Positions 23,185 through 36,595 are shown, counted from the stretch's first letter. The stretch: 64,000 nt of DNA from Octopus sinensis (GCF_006345805.1 NC_043016.1:7006001-7070000), one strand, 5' to 3'. The notes: generated by a model from the sequence alone, not told the origin. Translations and numbers: made by a program.

Positions 23185-23583
23185 GTTTGTTGAGTGAAGC
23201 AGTTTTCGTCCCAGAGCTTGCAAGATCGTGCATCAGGATTGTCTGTAGTGGGAGAAGTCCGAAACGTGGTCCTTTTGCTATTCGTAAGACCCGCAGAAGA
23301 GAAAGCAGGTCAACCCCCGGACACCGAGAGCATCGACGGATGGATGAATGCGCATCCAAGCTCAGCGGTTGCGTAGGAAGTCGGGGACAAGAAACAGGAA
23401 AAAAGAGGGAGAGAAAGTTGGGGCGAAAGAGTACAACAAGGGTCGCCACCACCACCTGCTGGAGACTCGTGGAGCTTTTAGGTGGTTTCGCTTAATAAAC
23501 ACACACAACGTCCACTCTGGGAATTGAAACTACAAACCTCTGACCGCGAGTCCGCTGCCCTAACCACTGGGCCATTGTGCCTC
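23185..23583 (-). mobile_element. SINE-D copy
   Basis: Minus-strand head ggaggcacaatggcccagtggttagggcagcggactcgcggtc, matching 14539. Confidence 0.75.
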
Positions 23584-24036
23584 CATGCCCATGCTGGCAT
23601 GAGTTGGGTGGTTTGACCAGAGCTGGCTTGCTGAAGGGCTGTACCAGACACCAGTCTGATTTGGCATGGTTTCTATGGCAGGATATATGGCAGAGTGTAC
23701 TGGGTGCATCTACGTGGCACTGTACAGGTGCATCTACATGGCACTGCGGGGGCACTTTTATATGACACCAGTGCAGGACTCTTGCAGGTTGATCCTCCCC
23801 ATCAGGGGGAACGGACTTAACACTTGTGCTGTGGAGTGTGTGTTTTCTTGAGTACAGCAAGGCACCAAGCACCTCAGTTCTTTGTTGTTTCACCTGAAAG
23901 GTTCAGTGTCCTGAGATCCTTTTTCAGTACTTTGTACTTCATGTCAGGATTAATGGAAGTGGGAGTCAGTATTGAGTTTAGTCATCAATCCCAGTAAAGA
24001 TCAACTTGAATGGAGATAATGTGTGTGTGTGTGTGT

Positions 24037-24263
24037 GGCGAGCTGACAGAAACATTAGCCTGCTGGGCGAAATGCTTAGCGGTATTTCGTCTGTTTCTAC
24101 GTTCTAAGTTCAAATTCCACCGAGGTCGACTTTGCCTTTCATCTTTTCGGTGTCGATAAATTAAGCACCAGATACGCACTAGGGTCAATGTAATCAACTT
24201 AATCCCTTTGTCTGTCCTTGTTTGTCTCCTCTGTGTTTAGCCCCTTGTGGGCAAAAAAAAAAA
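24037..24263 (+). mobile_element. SINE-A with TSD
   Basis: agataatgtgtgtgtg on both flanks. Confidence 0.85.
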
Positions 24264-25040
24264 AGATAATGTGTGTGTGAGAGAGAAAGAGTGAGAGGAG
24301 GTGATGGATTGCAGTAAAGATGAATAATGTGTGAGAGAGAGTTGTGTGTTTCACTTTAAGGGTGATATAAAGGAGAGAAAATGATAGTTAGTAGTAAAAA
24401 AAAGTTATTGAATATGAATGGTATACTTCCGATTACATCCCTCATTACACTGGTGGAATGATAGCGGAGCGGTAGGGTGATACAGGATAATGGAGGAGAT
24501 TGTACCATCTCTTGTTGCGTATGTGGTGTGCTGCAGTGACCAGGAGAGAGTGTGTGTAATAGATTAAGGGGTCAATAGATGGAAATGTAACAGGAATGTA
24601 GCATAAAGAGCGGGAGATCTAAATGTCGACACATCACATGTCACAACCTGTATCATATACTTGAATGACTGTTTTACCATATTTGCACAAGTACAGGTCT
24701 TCATGAAGACCATATGTCACAACTCATAGAGATTCTTTGTCATCTACTTCCTGCATGTTACACACAAATTAATATGGTACTACCATCTTTTTTATTTTCC
24801 GTTTTTGTATATATTCTCTAAATCTGAACGTCAGACTGTTACTTTCTGCAAAAGTCATGAATAAGAAATGGTAGCATGCATCAATTGATGCTTATAAAGA
24901 TTAGTTGTCTCCATAGCAAGTTTGATAACAACCTGTCCGAAAACGCCCTTAGTTCTATGAACCAATGATCCTGTTTTGAAATTTCTTATTAATTTATGTT
25001 CCAAACACTAGATGAATAATGGCAAAGTTATTTTACTTAA

Positions 25041-25316
25041 GAAACACACAAAAACCATTAGATTCACTTCAACATTTAAATTTAATTTGTCAAAATATTT
25101 TCCTCGCTTTCAGACCGCGACCTGTTCAACTTTGTGCAGGTCGCGGTCTGAAAGCGACGAAAATATTTTGACAAATTAAATTTAAATGTTGAAGTGAATG
25201 TCATGGTTTTTGTGTGTTTCTTAAATGGCTTATAAACACCTTCCACGCTGCAATTGTTTTCGTTCCAGCATATGATCTCAGATTAGGTCACTTGCTATGC
25301 AAGTACATCTGCGTAA
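25041..25316 (+). mobile_element. Penelope-like insertion with inverted 5' segment, inside a MITE
   Basis: Palindrome 25037-25224 with ~85-bp arms; 13-bp TSD ttattttacttaa at 25028-25040 and 25317-25329. Confidence 0.65.
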
Positions 25317-25494
25317 TTATTTTACTTAATTCTTCGTTATTTTTAGAATTGAAACAAAAGAAATGCATTCAAAAGAAATATGGTAACAAAAGGATTAGTG
25401 TGATCTAAATTAAAGCTTACCATTAAAATTTCATGTTAGCTTATGATCCGAACACTTGTCTAATAATGATGAAGTTATTTTACTAAATTCTTCA

Positions 25495-25905
25495 GGCATA
25501 CGAGTGGCTGTGTGGTAAATAGCTTTTTTACCAACTACATGGTTCCGGGTTCAGTCCCACTGTATGGCACCTTGGGCAAGTGTTTTCTACTATAGTCTTG
25601 GGTCGACCAAAGCCTTGTGAGTGGATTTGGTAGACAGAAACTGAAAGAAGCCCGTCGTATATATATATATATATGTGTGTGTATGTATGTTTGTGTGTCT
25701 GTGTTTTCCACACCAACATCGCTTGACGACTGATGCTGGTGTGTTTACGTCATTGTAACTTAGTGGTTTGGCAAAAGAGACCAATAGAATAAGTACTAGG
25801 CTTACAAAGAATAAGTCCTGGGGTCGATTTGCTCGACTAAAAGGCGGTGCTCCAGCATGGCCACAATCAAATGACTGAAACAAGTAAAAGAGTAAAAGAG
25901 AGAGA
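25495..25905 (+). mobile_element. SINE-B copy
   Basis: Full head to (gtaaaaga)n tail. Confidence 0.85.
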
Positions 25906-28080
25906 GAGAGTATATTCAAAATTAATTGAAACAATGACAGAGCATTTCAGCAGGAATATGGTAACGGAAAGTCTATTGCAAGAACAATGCAAAGATGTTC
26001 ATTTATTTCTTCTCTAAATGAAACAAGTGAAAGAAAATATATAAATAAAAATAGCTTCCAAATTCAAACTTCTTAAAACTTCAATATAGTAGTTATGAAC
26101 CCCACTCCTCTCCTCTCTGCCCCCCACCCACCCACCCACCAACATGCCAAATATTTTAGATCTTTAGAATGTAGTGACCCATAAGTAAGATCTGTTGCAC
26201 TTCAACCCAGTTTGGAATTTGGTAACAATTTTGAATGGTTGAATGTTGATAGACATAGTGAAATTTATATAATTAAAAAATTGTGCTTATTCAAAGACCA
26301 GATGTTGGCCAGATATCTCAAATGACAAGAATTTCTATATTTATACCAGCTTTTAGTTCAACTGATCTATACTGCTGCTTAAATATTTCTTTGGATAGAT
26401 TTTAAAACATTTAGTTTATCAGTCTCAAGAATTTCTTCTAAATTCTTCAAAGTCAAGAATTCTATTTTTCAGCTTGATGGCATGATAGTGGTGGCAGCAG
26501 ACTTATCCTTGCACCTGTAATTTGGCATGTTGTAAACCAGTATGTGTGTGTGTGTGTACTTTTATTATTTTACTTGTTTCAGTCATTAGACTGTGGCCTT
26601 GCTGGAGCACCACCCTGAAGGATTTTGTCAATCAAATCAACTGCAGTTCATGTTTTAATTCTGGTACTTATTTTGTCAGTTTCTAACTGCTAAGTCAATG
26701 AGTAGATTGATAGACCAACACTAGTTTATTTCCCAGTGTCATACACATGCACTTACATACATACCCACATATACACACACATGGGTAAAGCCTTGGATTA
26801 GTTGGAGCTTTTGCAGAAGACACTTGTTCAATGTCCAGCCGATGTATTTGTGAAATAAACTTTTCACCACATTGCTATGCTTGTATCTATTTGTTTGTCT
26901 TTAAATACACACACATCTGGGTGTTTTTTATGTGGCACTCATGTCTGTGTCATGTAAAATGCACCCATTCCACTCTGTAAAGTGGTTAGTGTTAGAAAGG
27001 GTATCAGGCTGTAGAAACAATGCCAATAAAGACAACTGGGGCTCCCCAGCTTGCTAGCTCCTTTCAAACTGTCCAACCCATGCCAGCATGGGAAACAGAC
27101 TTTAAATGATGATGATGATGATATATATTTGTATATATATCATTTATCAGTTTCCATCTACCAAATACACTTGCAAGCTTACAAAGCTTTGGTTGGTCTG
27201 GAACTACAGTTTAGACACTTGCCCAAGGTGCTGTGCCCAAGGTGCTGTGGTGTGGGACTGAACCCAAGACAATGTTTGCAAAGAAAGCTTCTCAATGACA
27301 CAGCCACGGCTATGCTTATACACACACGTGTGTGTCTGAGTATTTAAGTAGGAATATTTCATGGCTGTAAAATGATCAAGTGCAGTAGTATTCCTTACAT
27401 AGATGCCAATGTTTCATGGGATTCAGCTAAGCCTTCTCTTTGGATATTTTAAGACCTGGAACTTGTGGAAGAGGGAGAGCCAGGAAGACATGGGGATGAA
27501 GTATTGAAGGCTGATATCAAGATGAAGGAGATGAGAAAGGACCAAGATATGTGGTGCCCTGCTGTACTCAAGAAGGCTCATCCACCACAGCAGAGTTGAT
27601 ACTAGTGTTGGTATCACATAAAAAAGAAACAAAAAAAAAAAAAAACTCAGTACACTCAGCAGAGTGGTTGGCATTAGGGAGGGTATCCAACCATAGAAAC
27701 CATGCCGGCACAGACAATGGAGACTTGGGCTGCTCCCCGGCTTTACAAGCTTTGGTCACACTGTCCAGCCCATACCAGCTAGGAAAATAGGCATTAAATG
27801 ATGAAGATTTTCCCTGCTAAAGCAGGTGTTAGTGTTGTAAATCCCTTCAAAATTATTGTGCTGTATGAAACCCAGGACGTAACAAAAATAAAATACTTTG
27901 AGTTCGCATGTTCAATACAGATTTTTCTCTGTTTTAAAATCAATAATATAATTTTACTCTTAGAAATTATATTAATTGGAAATAATTTCTATATTATTTG
28001 ATATGTTTAATTAATTAACTAATTTAACTGAGCTTAACAAGCAAAATATTTGTTACTTTAAAATTTTTGTTGATAGATAG

Positions 28081-28472
28081 GCACAGGAGTGGCTGTATGG
28101 TAAGTAGCTTGCTTACCAACCACATGGTTAAAGGTTCAGTCCCATTGTGTGGCACCTTGGGCAAGTGTCTTCTACTATAGCCTTGGGCTGACCAAGACAG
28201 AAACTGAAAGAAGCCTGTCGTATATATGTATATGTGTGTGTGTGTGTGTGTGTTTGTGTGTCTGTGTTTGTCCCCCCAACATCGCTTGACAACTGATGCT
28301 GGTGTGTTTACATCCCTGTAACTTAGCGGTTTGGCAAAAGAGACCGATAGAATAAGTACTATGCTTACAAAGAATAAGTCCTGGGGTCGATTTGCTCGAC
28401 TAAAGGCGGTGCTCCAGCATGGCCACAGTCAAATGACTGAAACAAGTAAAAGAGTAAAAGGGAGAGTAAAGA
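28081..28472 (+). mobile_element. SINE-B copy
   Basis: ggcacaggagtggctgtatggtaagtagc ... gtaaaagagtaaaag. Confidence 0.85.
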
Positions 28473-29138
28473 GATGCATGGTACAGAAGCAGTTTGTTTG
28501 CATTTTCAATAACTTGTTAAGAGACTCCTTAAATGGGTGTGTGGGTTTACAAAGCTCACTTTGACACCACATAGTTTCAGGTTCAGTCCCACTGTGTGGT
28601 GTCTTCCACTACAGCCTCAGGGCCCTCTGAGTGAATTTAATAAATGCAAAACTGTGCAAAACATGTCTACATAAGTGTGTGCGTTTGTGTTTGGCCCTCC
28701 CAACACTTGACGACTGGTGTTGGTTTGTTTACATCCCATCACTTAGTGATTTGGCAAAAGAGCCTGATAGAATAAGTACCAAGTTAAAAAAACAAAAACA
28801 AAAGAACACATTACTGAGAGCAATCTGTTTTGACAAGACACTTCAATACAGTGCTCCAGCAAGGCCGTGGTTTCATGTCTGAAACAAGTAAAGGACAGAA
28901 AACCATAGGGAATGAGTGTATATAGATGAGCTAGTGTGTGTATAGACGAACTAGCCTGGAGAAATAGCAGTAACCAAAATGAATAATAGGGTTCTGCCAT
29001 TTATTGTTATTGATTCTTTTATAATCATGTTTCTGTTGAAAAGCACCACCTTTATTTTACTTTGAAAATAATAAAGAATTTTTCGTTTTTGGATTTGGTT
29101 TGCAAGATTCTTTATATGAGTTTGTGTGTTGAAGCATA

Positions 29139-29295
29139 TTTTATTGTGTCTGGGGAGAGTCATTTTCTTTTTGTGTCTTATTATGTAACACACTCACCAG
29201 TAAAATTTTAGGAAAATAAAAATAAGAAAACTTGGTGAGTGTGTTACATAATAAGGCACAAAAAGAAAATGACTCTCCCCAGACACAATAGAATG
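29139..29295. repeat. Inverted repeat (~60-bp arms) of a dispersed family
   Basis: ttgtgtctggggagagtcattttc...ctcacca pairs with tggtgagtgtg...ctctccccagacacaa; related palindrome at 56473-56650. Confidence 0.8.
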
Positions 29296-29542
29296 AAGAA
29301 TTTAATTACAAGTTAAGAATTTAACCAACAAGTTAAACAAATGATCGGTTAGTTAGTTGGATAGATATTTTTACCAACTGACGAGTAATAACAAAATAGT
29401 ATTGAACCAATGTGTTTGATAATATTAGCAAAATGACCCTTCCTAAACACAACGAAATAAAATAAAGTTTTCTATTATGAAACTGAAGTTTGGAAAGTAA
29501 ATTAGCATGGAATTATGTTGGAAAGTTTCAATTTAGATCACT

Positions 29543-29748
29543 TTAACCATTTTGTTACAACTCTGACTCTGTGTACAAATGTTTTGTTTTCACAAGTTTT
29601 GAATTAAAATCTTTCACCAAACTTTAATTTATGTTCCTAACACTAGCTGAATGATAACTAAGTTATTTTACTAAATTCTTTGTTATATTTAAAGTAATTG
29701 AAAGAAACACAGAGCATCTCAACAGAAATACAGTAATGAAAGGGTTAA
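29543..29748 (+). mobile_element. piggyBac-type MITE family 1
   Basis: TTAA...AAAGGG-TTAA; internal match to the family. Confidence 0.75.
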
Positions 29749-30199
29749 AACCAGAAGCTTGTCTCAAAATGCAGGGGTAGTCTCAGATACTTTGGCATCA
29801 AAAGTGTTAACATTTCTGCAAATGTGCTTGTGACATATAGAAATATTGTTATATTTGGGATGGTCACAACTGATAAAACCTGTAAACACATACACAGATT
29901 ATTAGTTGTCTTCTCTTCCCCACCCCCTAAACTGTTGATGTTTGTTTATGTTCCAAAAAATTAGTTTTCATGAAAAATATTCTTGGGGGAACATAGACTA
30001 GCATTCGCTATTTTTCACAAAGAAAGAGGAGTGAAATATAAACAAATAACAACTGGAGTGTATGTGTGTTTATAGGCTTTATTAATTGTGAGCCTTTGCA
30101 AATATAAAGAATTCAATCTAAATTCTTGCAAACAAATCCAAAATCAAAAGGCATATTTTGAAAGATTTTACTGAAAGTTGGTAGCCAAGATGCAGTAAA

Positions 30200-30600
30200 G
30201 GCGGCGAGCTGGCAGAAACGTTAGCACGCCGGGCGAAATGCATAGCCATATTTCGTCTGCCGTTATGTTCTGAGTTCAAATTCCGCCGAGATCGACTTTG
30301 CCTTTCATCCTTTAGGGGTCGATAAATTAAGTACTAGTTACACACTGGGGTCAATGTAATCGACTTAATCCCTTTGTCTGTCCTTCTTTGTCCCCTCTAT
30401 GTTTAGCCCCTTGTAGGTAGTAAAGAAATAGGTATTTCGTCTGCCGTTACGTTCTGAGTTCAAATTCTGCCGAGGTCGACTTTGCCTTTCATCCTTTAGG
30501 GGTCAATAAATTAAGTACCAGTTATGCACTGGGGTTGATGTAATCGATTTAATCCCTTTGTCCTCTCTGTGTTTAGCCCCTTGTGGGTAATAAAGAAATA
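30200..30600 (+). mobile_element. Dimeric SINE-A with TSD
   Basis: TSD aagatgcagtaaa at 30187-30199 and 30600-30612; internal period 184 bp. Confidence 0.9.
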
Positions 30601-31689
30601 AGATGCAGTAAAATGTCAAAGTTGAATGGCTGCATCCATCCTCTGTATATCCTGATTTCTCATTTTATACCAAACCTAAAAGAGTGCCAAGATGAAATAC
30701 TTCAAAGTCACTAATACATATCATTGTTATTTAAGCAACTAAGTTAAATATTCTCTTGTGTTTTATGGTGTAACATTGAAAATATAAATTTTAAACTTTT
30801 TTTTTGTTTTGCAAGAATTTTGAACTGAAATTATGTGTTGAAAACAATATTATTATATTTGGTAAGTCATAACTGATAAAGTCTATAATTATGATTTTTT
30901 TTCCCAATATATAACAAAATTCAAAATTATTTGTACAATAGTTTTGCTTAAAATATAGCATTAAAATTGAAATTATATACAATGGCAAAAAGAAAAATTC
31001 TGATTTGTTTTAATGAGGATGCTTACCATTCTAGTGTCTGTAATGCATTAGTAATAACCTGATTCATTCAACCGATTTTATTTATGAGACCAGAGTAATG
31101 ATTAAGGCCAATTAATATATGACAAATTTAATGCATTGAAATAGAGATACAGAATGGCAGATCTATTAATTAGCAGCTGACATATGGCAAAAAAAAAGTA
31201 AATCTGTCTTTTTGCTGTTGCTGTTTAATTTAATTTGTTTCATATAAAATATTTTTGGTCTCAGAGGTATTCCAACTATCAGATCAACCTTAAACATGCA
31301 GCCATTCTTAATAGTTGAAAGCAGTGTATAGAATCATAGTAATAAAGTTTGTGTATACTACAAGAATAATTGTATCAGAAATAGTGATGAAACATAAGCA
31401 GAATTGCTTCTACAGAATTTAGTATCTTGTGGGATCAACATGATCTCTATCTTGGATCTTTCAACTATTAAAAATGGCTGTGTGTTTGGTATTTCTTAAT
31501 AGTTGAAGGATCTGAATAGTACTATAATAACAGAGTATGTGTACAGTAGTGTTGTAATAGAGCAAGTATAAAGTACCTTAGAAACAGAGTATGTCTAGAA
31601 TCCCCGAACTGGAATTGGTAACTTGTAGGCATTTAACTTAGTCCCAATATTTCTGGGAGGGTTGTGGGGAAAGAGTCCTGATGCACCTC

Positions 31690-31970
31690 CTCCATAGGGT
31701 TCTATTAAAAGCAGCGATCATTAAACTTTACAGCTGGGTTCCCAAGTGTGACCAGCTGTGACAATGGATATTATCCAGCCACATCATTCTCGGTCCATTC
31801 CTCAATCTCCTGCCTGTTGACTCAGCTTGAAGAATCTGTCTTGTGATCCTTTCCTGCAACATTCTGTGAGCTATCATCAATGCAGAGAAGAAGTAGTTCA
31901 ATCTGAAAAGACTCCTCAATCTTCAGGCTTGTACCCTGTCAAATAGCAGCATTACCCCGAAAGATCCTTT
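31690..31970 (-). mobile_element. Old RTE-like LINE C-terminal relic
   Basis: RMLQERITRQILQAESTGRRLRNGPRMMWLDNI resembles RTE ORF ends. Confidence 0.5.
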
Positions 31971-32084
31971 TGAAGGAACCCCATTTTGGCAGCATATTTC
32001 ATCAGAAATATTGTAATTAAAGAATTAAAGTTTAATGGTTCTTAGAGTATTCCATATACTATAACCCCCCCCCCCTTCAGTGAT

Positions 32085-32402
32085 GAATGATTATGAGATT
32101 GCACATAGAAAGTTCCCCTCCAAGGCACAAATCCAGGCATGATTGTTTATGGAAGACCAGCAGGCACCCATGCATACCAGCCTCCTCTCTCCATGCCACT
32201 GATGTTATCCATGGGAAAGGCAAAGGGGCCGACACAGCTTGGCACCTGTGACGTTGCAACTCATTTCTACAGCTGAGTGAATTGGAGCAACACGAAATAA
32301 AGTGTCTTGCTCAAGAACACAACACACAGCCTGGTCTGAGAATTGAACTCACTACTACATGATTGTGAGCTTGATGCTCTAACCACTGAGCCACATGTCT
32401 TC
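32085..32402 (-). mobile_element. SINE-E copy (tRNA-like head)
   Basis: Minus strand gctcagtggttagagc...gagttcaattc...ttgagcaagacacttt; relatives at 34030-34505 and 57829-58145. Confidence 0.7.
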
Positions 32403-32527
32403 ACATATACTAGATCAATCTTAAACACCAAGAAGCTCATAAAAATTGAAGGTTTCAAAGCAGTTTGTGGAGAAGCTTTAAAACACTTGGCACATAATAT
32501 ACACAACTCTTGCTGTTAGGTCAGCAG

Positions 32528-32753
32528 CCCTTTCGTTACTCCATCTATTTTGAGATGCTCTGAGTTTCTTTCAATTGTTTTAAAATATAACAAAGAATTT
32601 AGTAAAATAACTTAGTTGTCAGTAAGCTAGTATTAGGAACGTAAATTGTGACTAAGGTTTGGTGGAAGATTTTAATTGAAAACTTATGAAAACAAGACAT
32701 TTGTACTACAAGGCCAGAGCCGGTTTCAGCCGGGTTGGTAACGAAAGGGTTAA
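32528..32753 (-). mobile_element. piggyBac-type MITE family 1
   Basis: CCCTTTCGTTAC ... GGTAACGAAAGGG-TTAA. Confidence 0.85.
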
Positions 32754-33610
32754 TCTGACAGTGTGTATGATGTCTTACATTGCTATTTTCTCTTTGTTGT
32801 GTCTGTGTCTTTCTTTATATTTTGCCTGGAGCTATGTTTCTTTTTTCAATCATTGCTAAAGCACTCGTTAAGGTAATAGGTTGTGTTTCTGCTCCTGTGC
32901 TGCAAATTATGGTTTTCCTATTTCTTGATCTTTAAACTTATTCCAATGCTCAAGTTTAACACCACCATCCTCCTCCTCCTCCGCCTCCTCCACCACCACA
33001 ACCACCACCACCAATACCCCCCCTCCTCCTCCAGCTTGTTACAAGCATCCAGGTCTCCAGTTTGAGGATACCTTCCTCTCTCTCCTTCCAATTGTGGAGG
33101 TCCAGAAAGGAGTCATGGACACAATGTTAATGCTTGTCTAAAAAAGGGGAAAAAAAAATAACAAAGGAAAGGGTCAGTGTTTCTATGAGAAATAAATTAT
33201 TTTCTGCCAGGATTAATTATAATTACCATTATTAAGGATTGCCACAAAGGCAGTGAGCTGCTGCAAACATCAGCATGCTGAACAAGATGCCTTACATCCA
33301 GAGCTCACATTCTACTGACGTTGACTTGGACTTTCATCCTTTTGGGATGAATAAAATAAGTACCAGTTGAGCTCTGGGATCAATGAAATCAATAAATCCC
33401 TTTTCCCTTAAAATACTTGGCCTTGTACCAAAATTTGGTACCATTATGAGAATTGGTATAATTGTTAGGGTATCAATCTTTTATTTAGTTATGGCAATTT
33501 ATGTTCTGAGTCCATAGTTCCATTGAGGCACGCTTTGTCCTTCAACCTTCTCAGGATAATGAAACAAGTACTTGTTAAAATATATATGTAAACACACACA
33601 CTCTTATGCA

Positions 33611-33980
33611 TCTCTCTATATATAAACGGCAAAATGTGCGTGTGTGTGTGTGTATCCTTTATACAAATCCACAATTTTTCAGTTAGAGGGCTCGCACTTT
33701 CTATGGTCATTCAAAACTATCCAAAGGTGGTCGTGCACATCTTTACATTTCCCCAGTCACCCTGCAAAGCCATTAAAAAATCAATAGAAGTGACTTTTTT
33801 GTGAATTTTCTACCCAAAACCCAATCAAAATGCCTGAAACTTGATACGCCAATTGAATGCCAGCTAGCTGTATGTGATTGGTCGGAGATTTGGACAGTAC
33901 TCGCGTGTATGTGTGCACACACACAGCTGTATATGCATGCTCTAGCACAATAACCTGGCGTTGCCAGGTCATAGTGCTAG
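33611..33980 (+). mobile_element. Complete non-autonomous Helitron
   Basis: A|TC start, subterminal hairpin acctggc-gtt-gccaggt (33953-33969), CTAG|T end, no TSD. Confidence 0.9.
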
Positions 33981-34029
33981 TTATACATAAATATATATAT
34001 ATATATATAAAGAGTAAAAACGTTTTTAG

Positions 34030-34505
34030 TCATGAGATGACCATGGGATTGCTCATAGAAAGTTTCTCTCTGAGGCATAAGTCAGGGCAAGCTTGTTTAT
34101 GAAAGACCAGCAGTCACCCATGCATACCAGCTGTCCCTCTCCATGCCACTGATCTTATCCAAGGGGAAGGCAAATGTTGATACAGCTTGGTACTGATGAC
34201 GTAAACTCATTTCTACAGCTGAGTCAGCTGGAGCAAGCTGAAATAAAGTGTCTTGCTCAAGAACACAATATGTGAAGGCACATGGCTTAGTGGTTAGGAT
34301 ATTGTACTCACAATTGAGAGATTGTGGTTTCAATTTCCAGATCAGGCATTGCATTGTGTTCTTGAGTAAAACACTTCATCTTATGTTGCCCTGCAATCTC
34401 TTCGTCACCTGACGTGTGATGTGCTGTACACCTGGACAGGTAATGTCAACTTGATGAAGGGAGTGAGCTTTGTATACACAAACATTTAATCACTATAAAC
34501 AAATT
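34030..34505. mobile_element. Two SINE-E-related copies in opposite orientation
   Basis: ~34030-34270 (-) matches 32085-32330; ~34274-34505 (+) has a tRNA-like head. Confidence 0.6.
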
Positions 34506-34509
34506 TATC

Positions 34510-34675
34510 TCCCTCTCTCTCTTTCTCTCCTTGTTTTTTCTGTGTCCCTTTCTGTCAAAGAGCGTAGGCTCGAAACATAAAAGACTTTTTCTATTCCTGA
34601 GCGTTATACTAATACATCTGTTTGTTTTGTACACCACCTGTCTTCGTCTTTTGTTTTTTTCGTAAAATCTACCTA
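34510..34675 (+). mobile_element. Penelope-like 3' end (family 2)
   Basis: Near-identical to ~56725-56875; gagc-gtag-gctc-gaaac motif; ends in (TA)n. Confidence 0.55.
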
Positions 34676-34968
34676 TATATATAATTATATATTTATCATT
34701 ATCATCATTTTATGTTTGTTTTCACATGCTGGCATGAGTTGGAGTGATAGTCATGATTTGATTCATGTTTAATTCAAATTTACTGCACTCATTGACATCT
34801 TAGATAACCGCATCTTAGTTGTATATTATATTTTGGCATAATCTCTATGGTTCAGGACCTCTTTCCTATGATCACCCACTTTACAGAATCTACCGGAAGC
34901 ATTTTGTCATGATGTCAGCTGAATTGTGGTAGTCTTGTAACCTGCAAGACCATTGTACATAGTTTTCA

Positions 34969-35510
34969 TTAATCCTTTAGCATTTAAACAGACCATAATC
35001 TGGCCCAAATATCCCACTTGTCTTATGCTCAAACTAGCCACATCTGGCCTTTCATATCCACCCTACAATGTTATTCTAAAATAGAACAAACACTTCACTG
35101 AAATCTGGAGCAATGAGATAAGGCATGATTAATTCAAAACCGAACGTGGTCTTTCACCATTCGAACGTGGCCGATGCCAGCGCCGCCTTGATTGGCTTCT
35201 GTGCCAGTGGAATGTAAAAAGCACCAACTGATTGTGGCCGTTGCCAGCCCTCCCTGGCACCTGTGCCAGTGGCACGTAAAAAGCACCCACTACACTCACG
35301 GAGTGGTTGGCGTTAGGAAGGGCATCCAGCTGTAGAAACATTGCCAGATAAAACTGGAGCCTGGTGCAGCCTTCTGGCTTCCCAGACCCCGGTCAAACCG
35401 TCCAACCAGTGCTAGCATGGAAAACGGACGTTAAATGATGATGATGATGATGATGATTGCAAATAAATAAACATTACATTCGATACAGCAATTTGAATGC
35501 TTAAGGATTA
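34969..35510 (+). mobile_element. piggyBac-type MITE family 2 with a nested RTE 3' end (~35140-35457)
   Basis: ttaatcctttagcatttaaac start; the MITE resumes after the (GAT)n tail. Confidence 0.7.
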
Positions 35511-35988
35511 CGACCAACATAATCTCTAAGAGAATGGCTAAAAGGTGAAATGCTTGTGAGCCTGAGATATCTTCTGAAAATACAGAATGGTTTCCAAGCA
35601 ACCATTGGGAAAGCATTGACCACCATTGGAAGAGCTTTATTACTATGATTAAAAGGTTAAAACATTTTAATATCAATCCATCTAAGACTGATTCCCCTGT
35701 TCTCTGATATAGAATTCTTTAAAATGATTTAAATTAAAACCTTTCATGAAAATCATTTCAAACTCCAGCTTCATAAAAGGCAAAAGTATTTTGTTAAATC
35801 TTATCATTTTCAGAAATACGGTGACAAAAAGGTTAAATAGTTCCTGCAGTTTCTTTCTGCATGGGGCAAAGCATCTGTTGTTTATTTCACCTACCTTACA
35901 CACATTCATATATATATATGTAGTAGAATTTATATACATATATATATATCTAGCTGTCCGGATATTTTGTGTTCTTGTCCCATTTTGC

Positions 35989-36019
<31 letters not shown>

Positions 36020-36167
36020 ATAAATAACAATAGGTTAATAAGAAATTATTATTACCAGTGGCCTGGCACAAAAACGAATTTGGTGGTTTTGAGTTTTCTA
36101 CTGCTCTTTCTAGCACAAGGCTTTCCTATTTGGAAGCCTCTTATTGTATTTATATATATATATATAT

Positions 36168-36593
36168 CATCATCATCATCATTTAGTGTCCGCTTTCCAT
36201 GCTAGCATGGGTTGGACGGTTCAACTGGGGTCTGTGAAGCCAGAAGGCTGCATCAGGCCCAGTCTGATCTGGCAGTGTTTCTACGGCTGGATGCCCTTCC
36301 TAACGCCAACCACTCCAAGAGTGTAGTGGGTGCTTTTTACGTGCCAACCGCACAGGTGCCAGACGGAGCTGGCAAACGGCCACAAATGTGACCGCGTGTG
36401 TACCGTTGGCGATTTTTTTCCTCCGTCTTCCCTTCTCTGGATCTTTCCTTTTCCTATGTTTCTGACGAAGAGCTCCACTTCAAACGTAGAACCCTCCTTC
36501 TTCCCGTCCTTCCTGAGCGTCCAATAATACTATATTTGTTCCACATCCTCGCGTTGTTGTGTTTTCTCTTTGTGTTTTCATGTTTGGATTAAC

Positions 36594-36595
<2 letters not shown>
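36168..36595. mobile_element. RTE 3'UTR (-, 36168-36384) abutting a Penelope-like 3' end (+, 36385-36595)
   Basis: Matches 2926-3170 and 2020-2240 respectively. Confidence 0.75.

Noticed and set aside
31300-31490. Short inverted repeat (cagccattcttaatagttgaaag / ctttcaactattaaaaatggctg)
   Set aside because: Real but short, with no TSD or second copy; cannot be classified.
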